The notes beneath the pieces are model-generated. The model was given only the letters and a program-made list of their open reading frames with translations, made no database searches and was not told where the DNA came from. Shown here piece by piece: positions 1-9,993 of a DNA stretch of 64,000 nucleotides (positions within the stretch are counted from its first letter, which is position 1; the number at the start of each line of letters is the position of its first letter). The stretch is from the NCBI GenBank assembly GCA_963700285.1, contig CAVOXA010000010.1, positions 384,001 to 448,000 of the forward strand. The letters are read 5' to 3'. Source of the stretch: an uncultured Chloroflexia bacterium. GTDB lineage: Bacteria; Chloroflexota; Anaerolineae; JAAYZQ01. The position numbers and the translations under genes are program-made.

Positions 1-1381
1 TTCAGCGCCGGAGCGCACCTGTTCCAGGTCAATGCCAGGGAGCCGACCCCGTTCAACGAGGGTGGCGCCGTCGACAATAACGGTATCCACATCGCTGCCC
101 TGGGCGCAATAGACGAGCGCTTTGATGGGGTCATCAGCCGCGACCGGGCCGATGTGGGTGCGCTGTAGATCGACCAGGACAATGTCAGCCTTGGCGCCAG
201 GCACCAGGCGCCCGATGTCGTCGCGCAGCAACGCCCGCGCCCCACCCAGAGTGGCAGCGTCCAAGACCTCACGGGCCAGGCCAGAGGTCGCATCCCCGTC
301 AGCTAGTTTGCTTAACAAGGCAGCTGTGCGCATCTCCATGACCATGTCGTGGGGCGAGGTGTCGGTGCCCAGCGAGACCGGGATGCCGGACCGTACATAG
401 TGGGAAAAGGAGTGGAGCGCCACACCACTCCGGGCAAACACCACGGGGCAATGGGCCACGCTGGCGCCGCTGGCGGCAATAAGCTGAACATCGGTATCGT
501 CATCCAGCGGATAGGCCAGCCAGGGATGGCGCGTGGTATAGATGGCGTGCGTCAGGGACACCTCTGGTCCCAGAAAGCCTACCTCGTACAGGTACTGGAT
601 GGGCGTCTTGGCCGTGCGCCGCAGGATCTCGTGGAACTCGAGCAGGTACTGGGCGACGTGGATCTTGAGTGGGCAAGCGAGTCCAGCCGCCGCCTCCTTG
701 GAAGCACGCAACAGGTCGGGTGTACAGTTGTCGGCCTGGTAGGGAAAGAGAAAGGTGCGAATCCGGCCCTCATCCGCGCCGTCGAAGGCCCGGGCGAATT
801 CAACGGCCTGTTCCAGGCCCTCCCAACCCTGGGCTTCCCTGGAAACCCACTCGAGGGTGCCGTCGGCCTTGCCCGCCGCGCCACCGGACATGTAGGGCAG
901 GGCAAGATAGGCACGCAGCCCCGTCGCAGCCACCGCCTCGACCAGCTCCTGATCGGTGCCGATGCGCCCCCGGTAGGGATGGCGGCCATAGTTGGGCACC
1001 ATGACAAAGGTCGTGGTGCCGCTCGCAGCGCCGTGGCCATGGCATATTCGGCGCTGGCTCGCCAGTCGGCGCTCTGCAACCCCGGTGCGCCGTAGGCCTT
1101 CTCGGGCTGGACGCCCAGGCCAATACCGGAATTGAAAAAGTTGGGCCGGACAGCATCCAGCCGGAAGAGCTGCATGTGCACGCCAAAGGCCATGTGATGG
1201 TTGACGAATCCCGGGATGACCAGCTTGCCGCGGGCGTCGATCCGCGTATCCACCTCCCCTGCGTGGTCATGACCGACATAGGTGATGCGTTCCCGCTGTA
1301 GGCCACCTGGCCGCGGGGGAGAATCACGTGTTCGCCATTCTGAAAACCGACGACGGTTCCGCCTTCAATCAGCGTCGTCAC
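1..1381 (-). CDS. Amidohydrolase family protein (AtzA/SsnA/MtaD-like), frameshifted, runs off left edge
   Basis: Pieces MTTLIEGGTVVGFQNG (800..1381) and DARGKLVIPGFVNHH (579..1253), then a further open frame reading IHVAQY...SLGTDTSPHD to the window edge. Paralog of the next two genes. Frameshifts near 1290 (G run) and near 1020. Confidence 0.8.
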
Positions 1382-2847
1382 AGCTCGCCTCGCAGTTTCG
1401 GGTAGGTAGGGGGGAAGAGAAGATCGGCAGACTCACCGCGAGGATGCTGTCCCACAAATCGATCCTTCTGCCACAGATGGGCCTCAGCCGCCTTTCGGAT
1501 CAGATCCGATTCGTCGACGCCGGATAGCTGCCCGCCATCGACCACGATCCGACCATCGACGATCACAGTATCTATGTCACTGCCGCTGGCGGCATAGACC
1601 AGGGTCTTGATGGGATCGTCCACCGGGCCGATGTGCAGCCGGCTCAAGTCCACAATGACCATGTCGGCCTTGGCCCCCGGCGCCAGCCGGCCGATATCGT
1701 CGCGGCCCAGGGCCCGGGCGCCGTCCAGCGTGGCGGCGTTGAATACCTCTCGCGCCGTGCCATGATTCGCGTTGCGGTCCGACCACTTGCAGGCCAGCGC
1801 CGCCCAGCGCATCTCCTCGATCATGTCCTGGGGAAAGGTGTCGGTGCCCAGGGGCACGTTGATGCCCATCTCCCGGTAGCGCGAGAATGAGCCCAAGATC
1901 TTGCCCCGGCGCACATAGACGACGGCACAGTGAGCCACGTGAGCCCCCCGGTCGGCCACGATCTGCAGGTCTGACCTGTCCCCTGGCGGATAGCCGGACG
2001 CCGGGTGCAGGGTTGTATAGAGCAGATGGGTCAGAATCGTCCTGTCGTCGAGAAAGCCGATGCTCTCCAGATACTGGACCGGCGTCTTGTTGTAACGGCG
2101 CAGGCAGTCGTGAAACTCGAACAGGCTCTGCGAGGTGTGCATGTGCACCGGCACTTTCAGTTCGCGGGACGCCTGTTTGACCTCGGCCAGGATCTCGGTA
2201 CAGGCATCAAACTGGTAGGGAAAGAGCATGGTGCGCACCCGGTCGTCGTGGGTACCTTCGTAGGTTCTGACGACATCCTGGGCATAGGCCAGCGCCGAGC
2301 GGGCAGCATCCAAGTCCCAATGGTACCGCCACACGCCATCGGTGTCCAGGTAGCGTTTACCCGCCCGAAACTTGTGGGAGACATAGATGCGAGCCCCCAA
2401 CTCGCCGGCGATCTCTGCCAGGAGCGGTGCCTCGTCCCGGGACACCTCAAAGCGCGAGGGGGCCATGGTCGTGATCTCGACGATGGTCGTCGAGCCTCCC
2501 TTGAGCAACTGCACCAGGGAGAAAAGGACACTCGTCCGCAGCCGCTCGCCGGCGAACTCTACCTGTCCCTTTCCATCCACGGCATAGGCGCGCGGAGAGG
2601 CAAAGCCGTCGTTGTTGGAGTCCAGGGCCAGCGTCTGCATGTCGATGTTGGCCACGGCATGGATATTGACAAAGCCGGGCGAGACCAGCTTGCCTCGGGC
2701 ATCCAGGATCTGGTCCACACGCCCACCAAAGCTTGGGCCGACGTACAGAATGTGATCATCCTCCAAGACTACGACCCCATCCCGCAGAATGGCGTGGTGA
2801 CCATTCTGGAAACCAACGACCCAACCACCCTGAATTAGTGTGCGCAC
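1378..2847 (-). CDS. Amidohydrolase family protein (AtzA/SsnA/MtaD-like)
   Basis: GTG start at 2847 after AGGAG. Motifs PGFVNIH, HMHTSQS, AHC, LGTDT, GRLAPGAKAD. Confidence 0.9.
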   Translation of the reverse strand: MRTLIQGGWVVGFQNGHHAILRDGVVVLEDDHILYVGPSFGGRVDQILDARGKLVSPGFVNIHAVANIDMQTLALDSNNDGFASPRAYAVDGKGQVEFAGERLRTSVLFSLVQLLKGGSTTIVEITTMAPSRFEVSRDEAPLLAEIAGELGARIYVSHKFRAGKRYLDTDGVWRYHWDLDAARSALAYAQDVVRTYEGTHDDRVRTMLFPYQFDACTEILAEVKQASRELKVPVHMHTSQSLFEFHDCLRRYNKTPVQYLESIGFLDDRTILTHLLYTTLHPASGYPPGDRSDLQIVADRGAHVAHCAVVYVRRGKILGSFSRYREMGINVPLGTDTFPQDMIEEMRWAALACKWSDRNANHGTAREVFNAATLDGARALGRDDIGRLAPGAKADMVIVDLSRLHIGPVDDPIKTLVYAASGSDIDTVIVDGRIVVDGGQLSGVDESDLIRKAAEAHLWQKDRFVGQHPRGESADLLFPPTYPKLRGEL

Positions 2848-2872
2848 ACGTCGCTCCTGAAAACGCTTGCTG

Positions 2873-4330
2873 TTAGCCCTGCCCCAAGATCGAAGCGGGC
2901 GTACGGCCGATGGGATCCCGCTCAGTGGCCGCCGCGTGTAACTTGCGCATAATCTTGGGCGCAGCCGCCCGCAACTCTTCCTCGTCAGCATTCAGTACGT
3001 TTCCGCTGTCAACGATCAGATTCCCGTCCACATAGACCTGGTCCACGTCCTGGCCCGTGCCAAAGGAGACCAGAGCCCGTACCGGGTCCAGTACAGGTCC
3101 AAAGTGATAGCGGGATAGATCGACGCAGACGATGTCGGCCCGTGCGCCTGGCGCCAGCCGGCCCAGGTCGTCGCGCCGGAGCGCATCAGCGCTGCCAACC
3201 GTGGCCGCGGTGAACACCTCCATACAAGTCGGCCGGTCCACAGTCCCATTGGCATGCTTGCCCATCAACCAGGCCAACCGCATCTCGCTGATGATATCGG
3301 CTGGCCAGATATCACAACCTAGGCCGATATTAATGCCATAGTCGAGGTAGCGCGGCAGTGTGTGCAGCGCTTCGGCATCTCGCCGGGCAAAGGCAAGGGG
3401 CGCATGCGCTACGGACGAACCGGCGTCAGCGATCAACTTCAGGTCGCGGTCAGAATCGCCCCCCACGGCCGGGTGGTCGCCGACAAAAACGCAGTGGCCC
3501 AGGATGATATCCGGACCCAAGAAGCCCAAAGAATGCAAAAAGCCCACGGGCGTATCGCCTTGTCGCTGTCGCACCGTCTCGACCTCGTGAACCGACTGTG
3601 AGGTGTGGACCTGGACCGGCAGGTCCGCAGCCCGAGCCTCGGCCAGCGTGGCCGCCAACAGATCTGGCGTGCACTTTTCGACGGCATGAGGCGTAAGCAG
3701 GGTCTGGACCCGCCCATCATGGACGCCGCGGTATTCCAGGGCAAAGCGCAGGCCCTCGTGCAAACCAGCCAGACCCATTGCCTCGTCCCAGTACTGGCGC
3801 GAGACGCCATCACGATCCTGGTAAGAACGAGCCGAGCGGTAGCCAAGGGCCAGGTAGGCCCGGCTGCCGAGGCGTCCCACCGTCTCTGCCAAAGCAGCCT
3901 CGTCGGTGGGAGGATTGCCTAGCCACCAGATGGCGCCGTAGCCGTGAGCGTCGACGACAGTCGTCGTGCCGGTACGCAGCATCTGCACCAGGCAGAATTC
4001 GCCACTCAGACGCTGTTCTTCTGGTGTCAGCGTCGGCCACATCTCCAGCGGCGCCTGCTGGACAAAATCAGGACCAGGGGCATACTGTGCGGAGCGGGGG
4101 ACATCGACAAAGGGAGAAAAGGGATCTACTCCCACATGGCCGTGCAAGTTGATAAAGCCAGGGCAGATGAACCACTCCGGGCGGTTGACAACCACGTCGG
4201 CCTGCCCGTCGAACTGCGAGCCGGTGTAGAGGATCACGCCATCCTGAAAAGCTACTTCGCCACGCGCTACGATCTGGTGTTGGCTGCCCTGCCAGGCAGC
4301 CAGCCAGCCGCCCTGCAACAGTGTGATCAT
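2873..4330 (-). CDS. Amidohydrolase family protein (AtzA/SsnA/MtaD-like)
   Basis: 485 aa. Motifs PGFINLHGH, GTTTVVD, VHTSQS, LGCD, GRLAPGARAD. Confidence 0.9.
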   Translation of the reverse strand: MITLLQGGWLAAWQGSQHQIVARGEVAFQDGVILYTGSQFDGQADVVVNRPEWFICPGFINLHGHVGVDPFSPFVDVPRSAQYAPGPDFVQQAPLEMWPTLTPEEQRLSGEFCLVQMLRTGTTTVVDAHGYGAIWWLGNPPTDEAALAETVGRLGSRAYLALGYRSARSYQDRDGVSRQYWDEAMGLAGLHEGLRFALEYRGVHDGRVQTLLTPHAVEKCTPDLLAATLAEARAADLPVQVHTSQSVHEVETVRQRQGDTPVGFLHSLGFLGPDIILGHCVFVGDHPAVGGDSDRDLKLIADAGSSVAHAPLAFARRDAEALHTLPRYLDYGINIGLGCDIWPADIISEMRLAWLMGKHANGTVDRPTCMEVFTAATVGSADALRRDDLGRLAPGARADIVCVDLSRYHFGPVLDPVRALVSFGTGQDVDQVYVDGNLIVDSGNVLNADEEELRAAAPKIMRKLHAAATERDPIGRTPASILGQG

Positions 4331-4465
4331 TGGGGGCCTCCTGCGGCGCCGCCACGAGAAACAGCAGCGCTGCCCAAGTAATCCAAGCCCGATGTTGCTC
4401 TGCTACCCAGATAGCCATCAGATCGAAGAACCAGAGGGCAATGGCCTCGAGAACGAGGCTGCCTA

Positions 4466-4479
4466 TATCCTATAGGATA
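4466..4479. promoter_or_regulatory. Perfect 14-bp palindrome, candidate operator
   Basis: TATCCTATAGGATA lies just downstream of the minus-strand -10 box in a divergent intergenic region. Confidence 0.45.
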
Positions 4480-4488
4480 GATGGGGTT

Positions 4489-4517
4489 ATTCTACAACAC
4501 CTTGGGCCTGCTGTCAA
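4489..4517 (-). promoter_or_regulatory. sigma70-type promoter for the amidohydrolase triplet
   Basis: TTGACA-N17-TAGAAT on the minus strand. Confidence 0.75.
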
Positions 4518-4582
4518 GTTTCTGGAGGGACTTTTCAAGCAATGGTTCAGGTTTCCCCATAGGTGCGGCCTAGACAAAAGTG

Positions 4583-4591
4583 TGTTATAAT
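4583..4591 (+). promoter_or_regulatory. Extended -10 promoter for the 4650-11150 gene run
   Basis: TGnTATAAT about 60 nt upstream of the GTG at 4650, which has RBS AAGGAGG. Confidence 0.55.
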
Positions 4592-4649
4592 AGCCGCCAT
4601 CGGGCTTGCTTAGCGCTCGATAAATACAGTCCAACACAAGGAGGATCTC

Positions 4650-6251
4650 GTGCAAGCGAATCTGGTGCTCTGTAACGGGGACGTATACACGATGGATGCC
4701 GCTGCGCCGCGGGCTCGAGCAATCGCCATCGCGGGAAACCGCGTGCTGGCTGTGGGCGACGACGAGGCCATGCAGGCGCTCCTGGCGCCTGAGGGAAAGA
4801 CCATCGACCTGGGCGGGCGTACGGTCGTGCCTGGCTTCACCGACAGCCATCTGCACTTTATGTCCTATGGCCTCAGCCTGAAGGAGATCGATCTGATGGC
4901 GGTCCTCACCCTGGAGGAGGCTTTGAGGCGCGTGGCAACCCGAGCGGAGACAACGCCCGAGGGCCAGTGGCTCACTGGGCGTGGCTGGGACCACTCACTG
5001 TGGCCCGGCGGCGAATTCCCAACCCGGCAGGACCTGGACCGCGTCGCGCCCGACCACCCGGTCTGGCTCCGGCGCAAGTGCGGGCATGCGGGCTGGGCGA
5101 ATTCGCTTGCATTGGAATTGGCCGGCATCACCGCCGAGACGCCCGATCCGCCCGGGGGGGCCATCGATCACGATCCCGCCAGCGGCGAGCCCACCGGCAT
5201 CCTCAAGGAAACGGCCATGGAGCTGATGGCCGACCTGTTCGAGGATCCTTCTGTCGAGGAAGCGGTAGACGCCATCAAAGTGGCCATGGCCAACGCCCAC
5301 AAGCACGGGCTGGTCGGGGTCCATACCATGGAGGGAGCTGCTGCCTTCCGCGGCTTCCAGAAGCTGCGAGCCGACGGTGAACTCGAGATGCGGATTCTGA
5401 TGCAGATTCCCGAGGAGAACCTGGATGCCGCCATCCAGACGGGCCTGCAGAGTGGTTTTGGCGACGAGCGATTGCGCATCGGCGGGCTCAAGGCATTTGC
5501 CGATGGGGCGCTGGGCGCGCGCACGGCCTACATGCTCGAGCCCTTTGAGGGCGAACCGGACAATTGCGGAATCGCCATGTCCGAAGCCGGGCATTTGAAA
5601 GACCTTGTTGGCAAGGCCAGCCGGGGTGGACTACCCGCCTTTGTCCACGCTATCGGCGACCGGGCCAACCGCGAGGTACTGGACGCCGTCGAGGCCAGCC
5701 GTGAGGCAGGCGAGGAGCTGCACCTACGCCACCGCATCGAGCACACACAGATCCTGCACCCGGACGACATACCCCGGCTGGCAGAGCTGGGGGTCATCGC
5801 CTCCATGCAACCCATCCATGCGACGCAGGACATGCTCCTGGCCGACGCGCTTTGGGGTGCGCGCAGCGCCGGAGCCTACGCCTACCGCAGCTTGCTGGAC
5901 AGTGGTGCGGTCCTGGCTTTCGGCTCCGATTCGCCCGTAGAGGACTTGAACGTAATGGTCGGAATCCACGCCGCCGTAACCCGCCGCCGCGCCGATGGCT
6001 CACCCGGGCCTGAAGGCTGGTATCCCGAGCAGCGCCTGACCGTGGAGGAGGCTGTCTATGCCTATACCGCCGGGGCTGCATACGCAAGTGGGGAGGAGGA
6101 CATCAAGGGCACACTCTCGCCCGGCATGCTGGCCGACCTGGCCGTGCTCTCCCAGAACATCTTTGCCATCGACCCCATGGCCATTCTGGAGACCGAGGTG
6201 GTGGCCACGATGCTTGATGGCGACTTTGTCTACGCCCAAGAGGAACTCTGA
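4650..6251 (+). CDS. Amidohydrolase 3 family (YtcJ-like) metal-dependent hydrolase
   Basis: 533 aa. Motifs PGFTDSHLH, KAFADGALG, HAIGD, RHRIEH, FGSDSP, GTLSPGMLADL. Confidence 0.9.
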   Translation: MQANLVLCNGDVYTMDAAAPRARAIAIAGNRVLAVGDDEAMQALLAPEGKTIDLGGRTVVPGFTDSHLHFMSYGLSLKEIDLMAVLTLEEALRRVATRAETTPEGQWLTGRGWDHSLWPGGEFPTRQDLDRVAPDHPVWLRRKCGHAGWANSLALELAGITAETPDPPGGAIDHDPASGEPTGILKETAMELMADLFEDPSVEEAVDAIKVAMANAHKHGLVGVHTMEGAAAFRGFQKLRADGELEMRILMQIPEENLDAAIQTGLQSGFGDERLRIGGLKAFADGALGARTAYMLEPFEGEPDNCGIAMSEAGHLKDLVGKASRGGLPAFVHAIGDRANREVLDAVEASREAGEELHLRHRIEHTQILHPDDIPRLAELGVIASMQPIHATQDMLLADALWGARSAGAYAYRSLLDSGAVLAFGSDSPVEDLNVMVGIHAAVTRRRADGSPGPEGWYPEQRLTVEEAVYAYTAGAAYASGEEDIKGTLSPGMLADLAVLSQNIFAIDPMAILETEVVATMLDGDFVYAQEEL

Positions 6252-6253
6252 TC

Positions 6254-7084
6254 ATGCCGGTAAAAGAGGCAACAGGGGGAAGCATCACCAACAAATGGTC
6301 ACGGCTGTATGGTACGCTCTACACCTTTCTGGCCAGAGCTATGCTCGACAACTTTGGCGACGAGGGCGAGTATGTGCTGCGGCAAGCCGTCCACGACTAT
6401 GGCGCCTACCGGGCTGACTGGATGCGCGCCGACCACCAGGCCCGGGGCCTGGCCCTGAACCTGGCCAACTTGCAGAACCTTGGCGACATGCCAAATACCG
6501 ACAGCCTGGAGAAGGACGGGCGTATCTGCACGCCATCCTATTTCCGCGTCACCGTGACCGAATGCACCCACAACGACACCTGGCGCGCCCTGGACAGTCT
6601 GGACGCCGGCATCATCTACTGCGCGGAGGTACACCATCCGATGTACGAGGGCTACTCCGGTGGTACTCTGGATCTGCCCGAATACCTTACCAAGGGGGAC
6701 AAGCACTGTACCTTTGTGCTCAACCAGCCTGGCGCCCCTGAGCCGGCCGCTGAGCCACAAGCCGACGCCCATCCAGAGACCAAAATCGCCCGGCTGTACG
6801 GCGTGCTCTACTGCTTTCTGGCCAGGGCGATGGTTGATGCCTTTGGCGACGAGGGGGAGAAAGCGCTGAGGCAGGCGCTCGGCGCGTACGCCCAGCATGC
6901 TGCGGATTTCCTGGATGAGGATCAACTGGCCTGCGGATGGGAATACCACGGCTCCGAACTCCATCCCATCGAGGGAAAGAGCACCATCGCAGGGGAAGCC
7001 GTATACGCGGCCTGGCAGGAAGTGGAGGGCAAAGACACCCCCCTGGGCCATATCTATTTTGACGAGATACATAGATCCAAGTAG
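6254..7084 (+). CDS. L-2-amino-thiazoline-4-carboxylic acid hydrolase-like (ATC hydrolase/V4R-like) protein with internal duplication
   Basis: Repeated segment LYGxLYxFLARAMxDxFGDEGExxLRQA. Cys pattern TECTH...IYCAEVH...GDKHCTF. Confidence 0.6.
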   Translation: MPVKEATGGSITNKWSRLYGTLYTFLARAMLDNFGDEGEYVLRQAVHDYGAYRADWMRADHQARGLALNLANLQNLGDMPNTDSLEKDGRICTPSYFRVTVTECTHNDTWRALDSLDAGIIYCAEVHHPMYEGYSGGTLDLPEYLTKGDKHCTFVLNQPGAPEPAAEPQADAHPETKIARLYGVLYCFLARAMVDAFGDEGEKALRQALGAYAQHAADFLDEDQLACGWEYHGSELHPIEGKSTIAGEAVYAAWQEVEGKDTPLGHIYFDEIHRSK

Positions 7085-7104
7085 GATCTGACGGGGCACT
7101 TGGC

Positions 7105-7134
7105 GTAGCGCTCGGGTGTGGGACACACCCGAGC
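7105..7134 (+). repeat. GTAG-prefixed REP-like hairpin
   Basis: GTAGC followed by a perfect 11-bp stem GCTCGGGTGTG/CACACCCGAGC. Intergenic, no U tract. Confidence 0.45.
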
Positions 7135-7191
7135 CTGTTCGCCTACCCTGTCCGGTCTTGGAGCACCAAAGACATCAAGGAGAGCAATGTA

Positions 7192-8127
7192 ATGACGCCA
7201 CTGGCAGGAGAAGGTGGAGCGGGATGGCTGCCCCGGGCAGGCACATTCGTGGAGGAGATGCCCGAATTCTGGGGGGATTGGGGCGTTTCGTCGGAGTATG
7301 GGCGCCTGCATGCGGTCCTGATGCGGCGCCCGGGACCAGAACTTGATTTGGTGACCGACCCCAATGCCGCACTCTGGATGGAGGGCATGGAGGACACGGA
7401 ACTGGCCCGGACTCAGCATGGCGCCCTGGCCGATCTCTATCAGGCCCATGGCGTGACCGTGCATTTTGTGGAGAATGGGCGGCTGGACCGGCCAAACGCC
7501 CACTTTGTCCGGGACCTCATGCTTATGACACCCGAGGGGGCCATCATCACCCGCCCGGCATCCCGGCAGCGCTCGGGCGAGGAGCAGTTCGTGGCCGAGG
7601 CATTGGGCCGTCTGGGTGTACCTGTGCTCATGACGGTCCACGGCGAAGGAACCTTTGAAGGGGCAGACGTAGTGTTGGTCAATCCAGACCTGGCCATCCT
7701 AGCCGAGGGGATGCGCACCAACCCGGCTGGCTCTGCCCAGATCGAATGGGCGCTCCGTCAGGTAGGCTATAGTCAGGTGGTACGCGTACAACTGCCCCTG
7801 GGTACGGTACACCTGGACGGCGTGCTGAGCGCCGTCGATCGCGACCTGGCGCTGGTCCGCTTTCGCGAGACCCCCCTTGTGGCGGTCGAGACACTGCGCG
7901 ACCATGGGTTCCGGATCTTGGAGGTGGCGCCCGAAGATGAGCGCATGCCGGAGAATATCGTGGCACTGGCGCCAGGACACCTGGTCATGCCAACAGGCAA
8001 CCCGCGCACCAAGCAACGCCTGGAGGAGGCCGGCTGCACCATCGTCGAGATCGAGCTACGGGAGATCCAAAAGAGCGGCGGGGCGATGCACTGCATGACC
8101 GGCTTTCTGAAGCGGGACGATCCATAG
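7192..8127 (+). CDS. DDAH/amidinotransferase (pentein) family protein
   Basis: Motifs SEYGRLHAVLMRRPG, FVRD, FEGAD, VHLDG, GGAMHCMT (catalytic Cys). Confidence 0.9.
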   Translation: MTPLAGEGGAGWLPRAGTFVEEMPEFWGDWGVSSEYGRLHAVLMRRPGPELDLVTDPNAALWMEGMEDTELARTQHGALADLYQAHGVTVHFVENGRLDRPNAHFVRDLMLMTPEGAIITRPASRQRSGEEQFVAEALGRLGVPVLMTVHGEGTFEGADVVLVNPDLAILAEGMRTNPAGSAQIEWALRQVGYSQVVRVQLPLGTVHLDGVLSAVDRDLALVRFRETPLVAVETLRDHGFRILEVAPEDERMPENIVALAPGHLVMPTGNPRTKQRLEEAGCTIVEIELREIQKSGGAMHCMTGFLKRDDP

Positions 8128-8274
8128 CCAGATCCTTCCGCGGCTGCTCCAGGACTCAAGTGCTTCCCGGAGTCATACCGATGCCTTGGCTAGGCCATCG
8201 TCTCAGGGAAAAGCCTGCGGGAGGATATTCCAAGAATGTTCCAGGGAATACATTCTGTCCATCAGAGGTAGACT

Positions 8275-9993
8275 ATGACAACCAAGAAAATGAGCACCGG
8301 CCAGGCAGTGGTAGACGCGCTAAAAGAGGAACAGGTTGAGTTCGTCTTTGGATTGGCCGGTACGCACGTACTGGCGCTGTTCAACGCGCTGGCCGATGCG
8401 CCACAGATCCGCCACATCGTTGTGAAGCATGAAAGCAATGCCGCCTTTATGGCTGGCATGGTCGGCTACCTGACCGGTCGCCCGGGCGTTGCGATGGTCA
8501 CGGCCGGACCGGGGGCCACCAACTCGCTCAGCGGCGTGGGGCAGGCCTACGCCGCATCCTTGCCGATGGTCCACATCTCGGGAGATGTGCCGCTGAACGC
8601 CGGAAACGAAGCCTATCATGGCGTAGACCGGCGCGATTTCCTCCACCGGATGTTTCGCGACATCACCAAGTGGTCGGTGCGCGTCGAGCGGCCGGAGGAC
8701 ATCCTCGACATCCTGTCCCGGGCCTTTGCTCTGGCATGCAGCGGCCGGCCCGGACCGGTTCACGTAGATATTCCGTGGGACATTGCCGGAACCACCGAGG
8801 TAGAGTTCGCATCCTACCAACGGTCGCCGGTAGAAAAGCAAGAGCCGCCGGGAGAACTGGTACAACAGGTCTATCAGGGCCTGTTGGAGGCCCAGCGGCC
8901 CATCATCTGTGCCGGGCGGGGAGTCTTGGTCCACCACGCAGGGAAAGAACTGCTTGCCCTGGCTGAAGCGGTTTCCGCGCCCGTGATTTGCACCAACTAT
9001 GGCGATGGGGCCATGGCCCACGACCACCCGCTCTTTGTGGGCACCTTTAGCGAGTGGTCGGGAAATCCCTTTGTCTGGGAACTCTTGGAGGAATCGGACT
9101 TTTTGTTGGCAGTGGGCCTGCGGTCGGATACACTCATGACCACCATGCTGGCCGAGCACGCCCCCGAAAAGGCCATCCTGGTAGCGCTAGACGAGCCCCA
9201 CACACTAGGCCCGGTGCCAGGGCTGGCCACCGTGGTTCCCAGTGACACCAAGCTGTTTCTGTCGTACCTCCTGGCCCACGCTGACGAGCAGGGCCAGTCG
9301 TGGCACAAGTCGGGAGATCCGGCCACACTGAACAGAATCAGCCAGCACTGGGGGGCCTGGGAGAAGGGCCTGGCGACCCATATGGCGGCCTACGACGAGG
9401 TACAACCTCTGCACTTTGGCCGGGTAGGCATGGAACTGGCCAGGGCATTGGACGAGGATGCCATTTTGGTGGGCGGTGTAGGCAATCATACCATCTGGGC
9501 ACGCACAATGATGCCCATTCGAAACCGCGAGAGCTTTATTGAGGAAGCTTCCTGGGGCACCATGGGCAGCGAGCTGCCGGGCGGCATCGCCGCCAAGTTG
9601 GTCTACCCAGACCGTCAGGTGGTGGTCATAACGGGTGACGGCTCACTGCTGATGGCTGCGCCTGATTTTGTGACGGCCGTGGAGGCAGGAGCCAACATCC
9701 TGGTAGTAGTGCTCAATGACAGTCGTTACGGCATCATCAATGCCATCCAACAGCGGCAATTCCAGCGTTCCTATGGCGATGAGATTGGGACCATCAACTT
9801 TGCCGGCTATGCCCAGAGCTTTGGCGCGACCGGTATCCGGGTGGAGTCTCCCGAAGAACTGCCGGATGCCGTAACCCGCTCTCTGGCCTTGAGCGCAAAG
9901 ACGCCGGTGATCCTCGATGTGGTGTGCGACTACAGGTACCGCTGGCCCAACCGGGAAGCCATCCTGACCTCTGGAGGGAGTGACAGAGAATGA
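8275..9993 (+). CDS. Thiamine-diphosphate-dependent enzyme (acetolactate synthase/2-oxoacid decarboxylase-like)
   Basis: Motifs KHESNAAFMA, GPGATN, RPGPVH and the ThDP motif TGDGS...LND. Confidence 0.9.
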   Translation: MTTKKMSTGQAVVDALKEEQVEFVFGLAGTHVLALFNALADAPQIRHIVVKHESNAAFMAGMVGYLTGRPGVAMVTAGPGATNSLSGVGQAYAASLPMVHISGDVPLNAGNEAYHGVDRRDFLHRMFRDITKWSVRVERPEDILDILSRAFALACSGRPGPVHVDIPWDIAGTTEVEFASYQRSPVEKQEPPGELVQQVYQGLLEAQRPIICAGRGVLVHHAGKELLALAEAVSAPVICTNYGDGAMAHDHPLFVGTFSEWSGNPFVWELLEESDFLLAVGLRSDTLMTTMLAEHAPEKAILVALDEPHTLGPVPGLATVVPSDTKLFLSYLLAHADEQGQSWHKSGDPATLNRISQHWGAWEKGLATHMAAYDEVQPLHFGRVGMELARALDEDAILVGGVGNHTIWARTMMPIRNRESFIEEASWGTMGSELPGGIAAKLVYPDRQVVVITGDGSLLMAAPDFVTAVEAGANILVVVLNDSRYGIINAIQQRQFQRSYGDEIGTINFAGYAQSFGATGIRVESPEELPDAVTRSLALSAKTPVILDVVCDYRYRWPNREAILTSGGSDRE

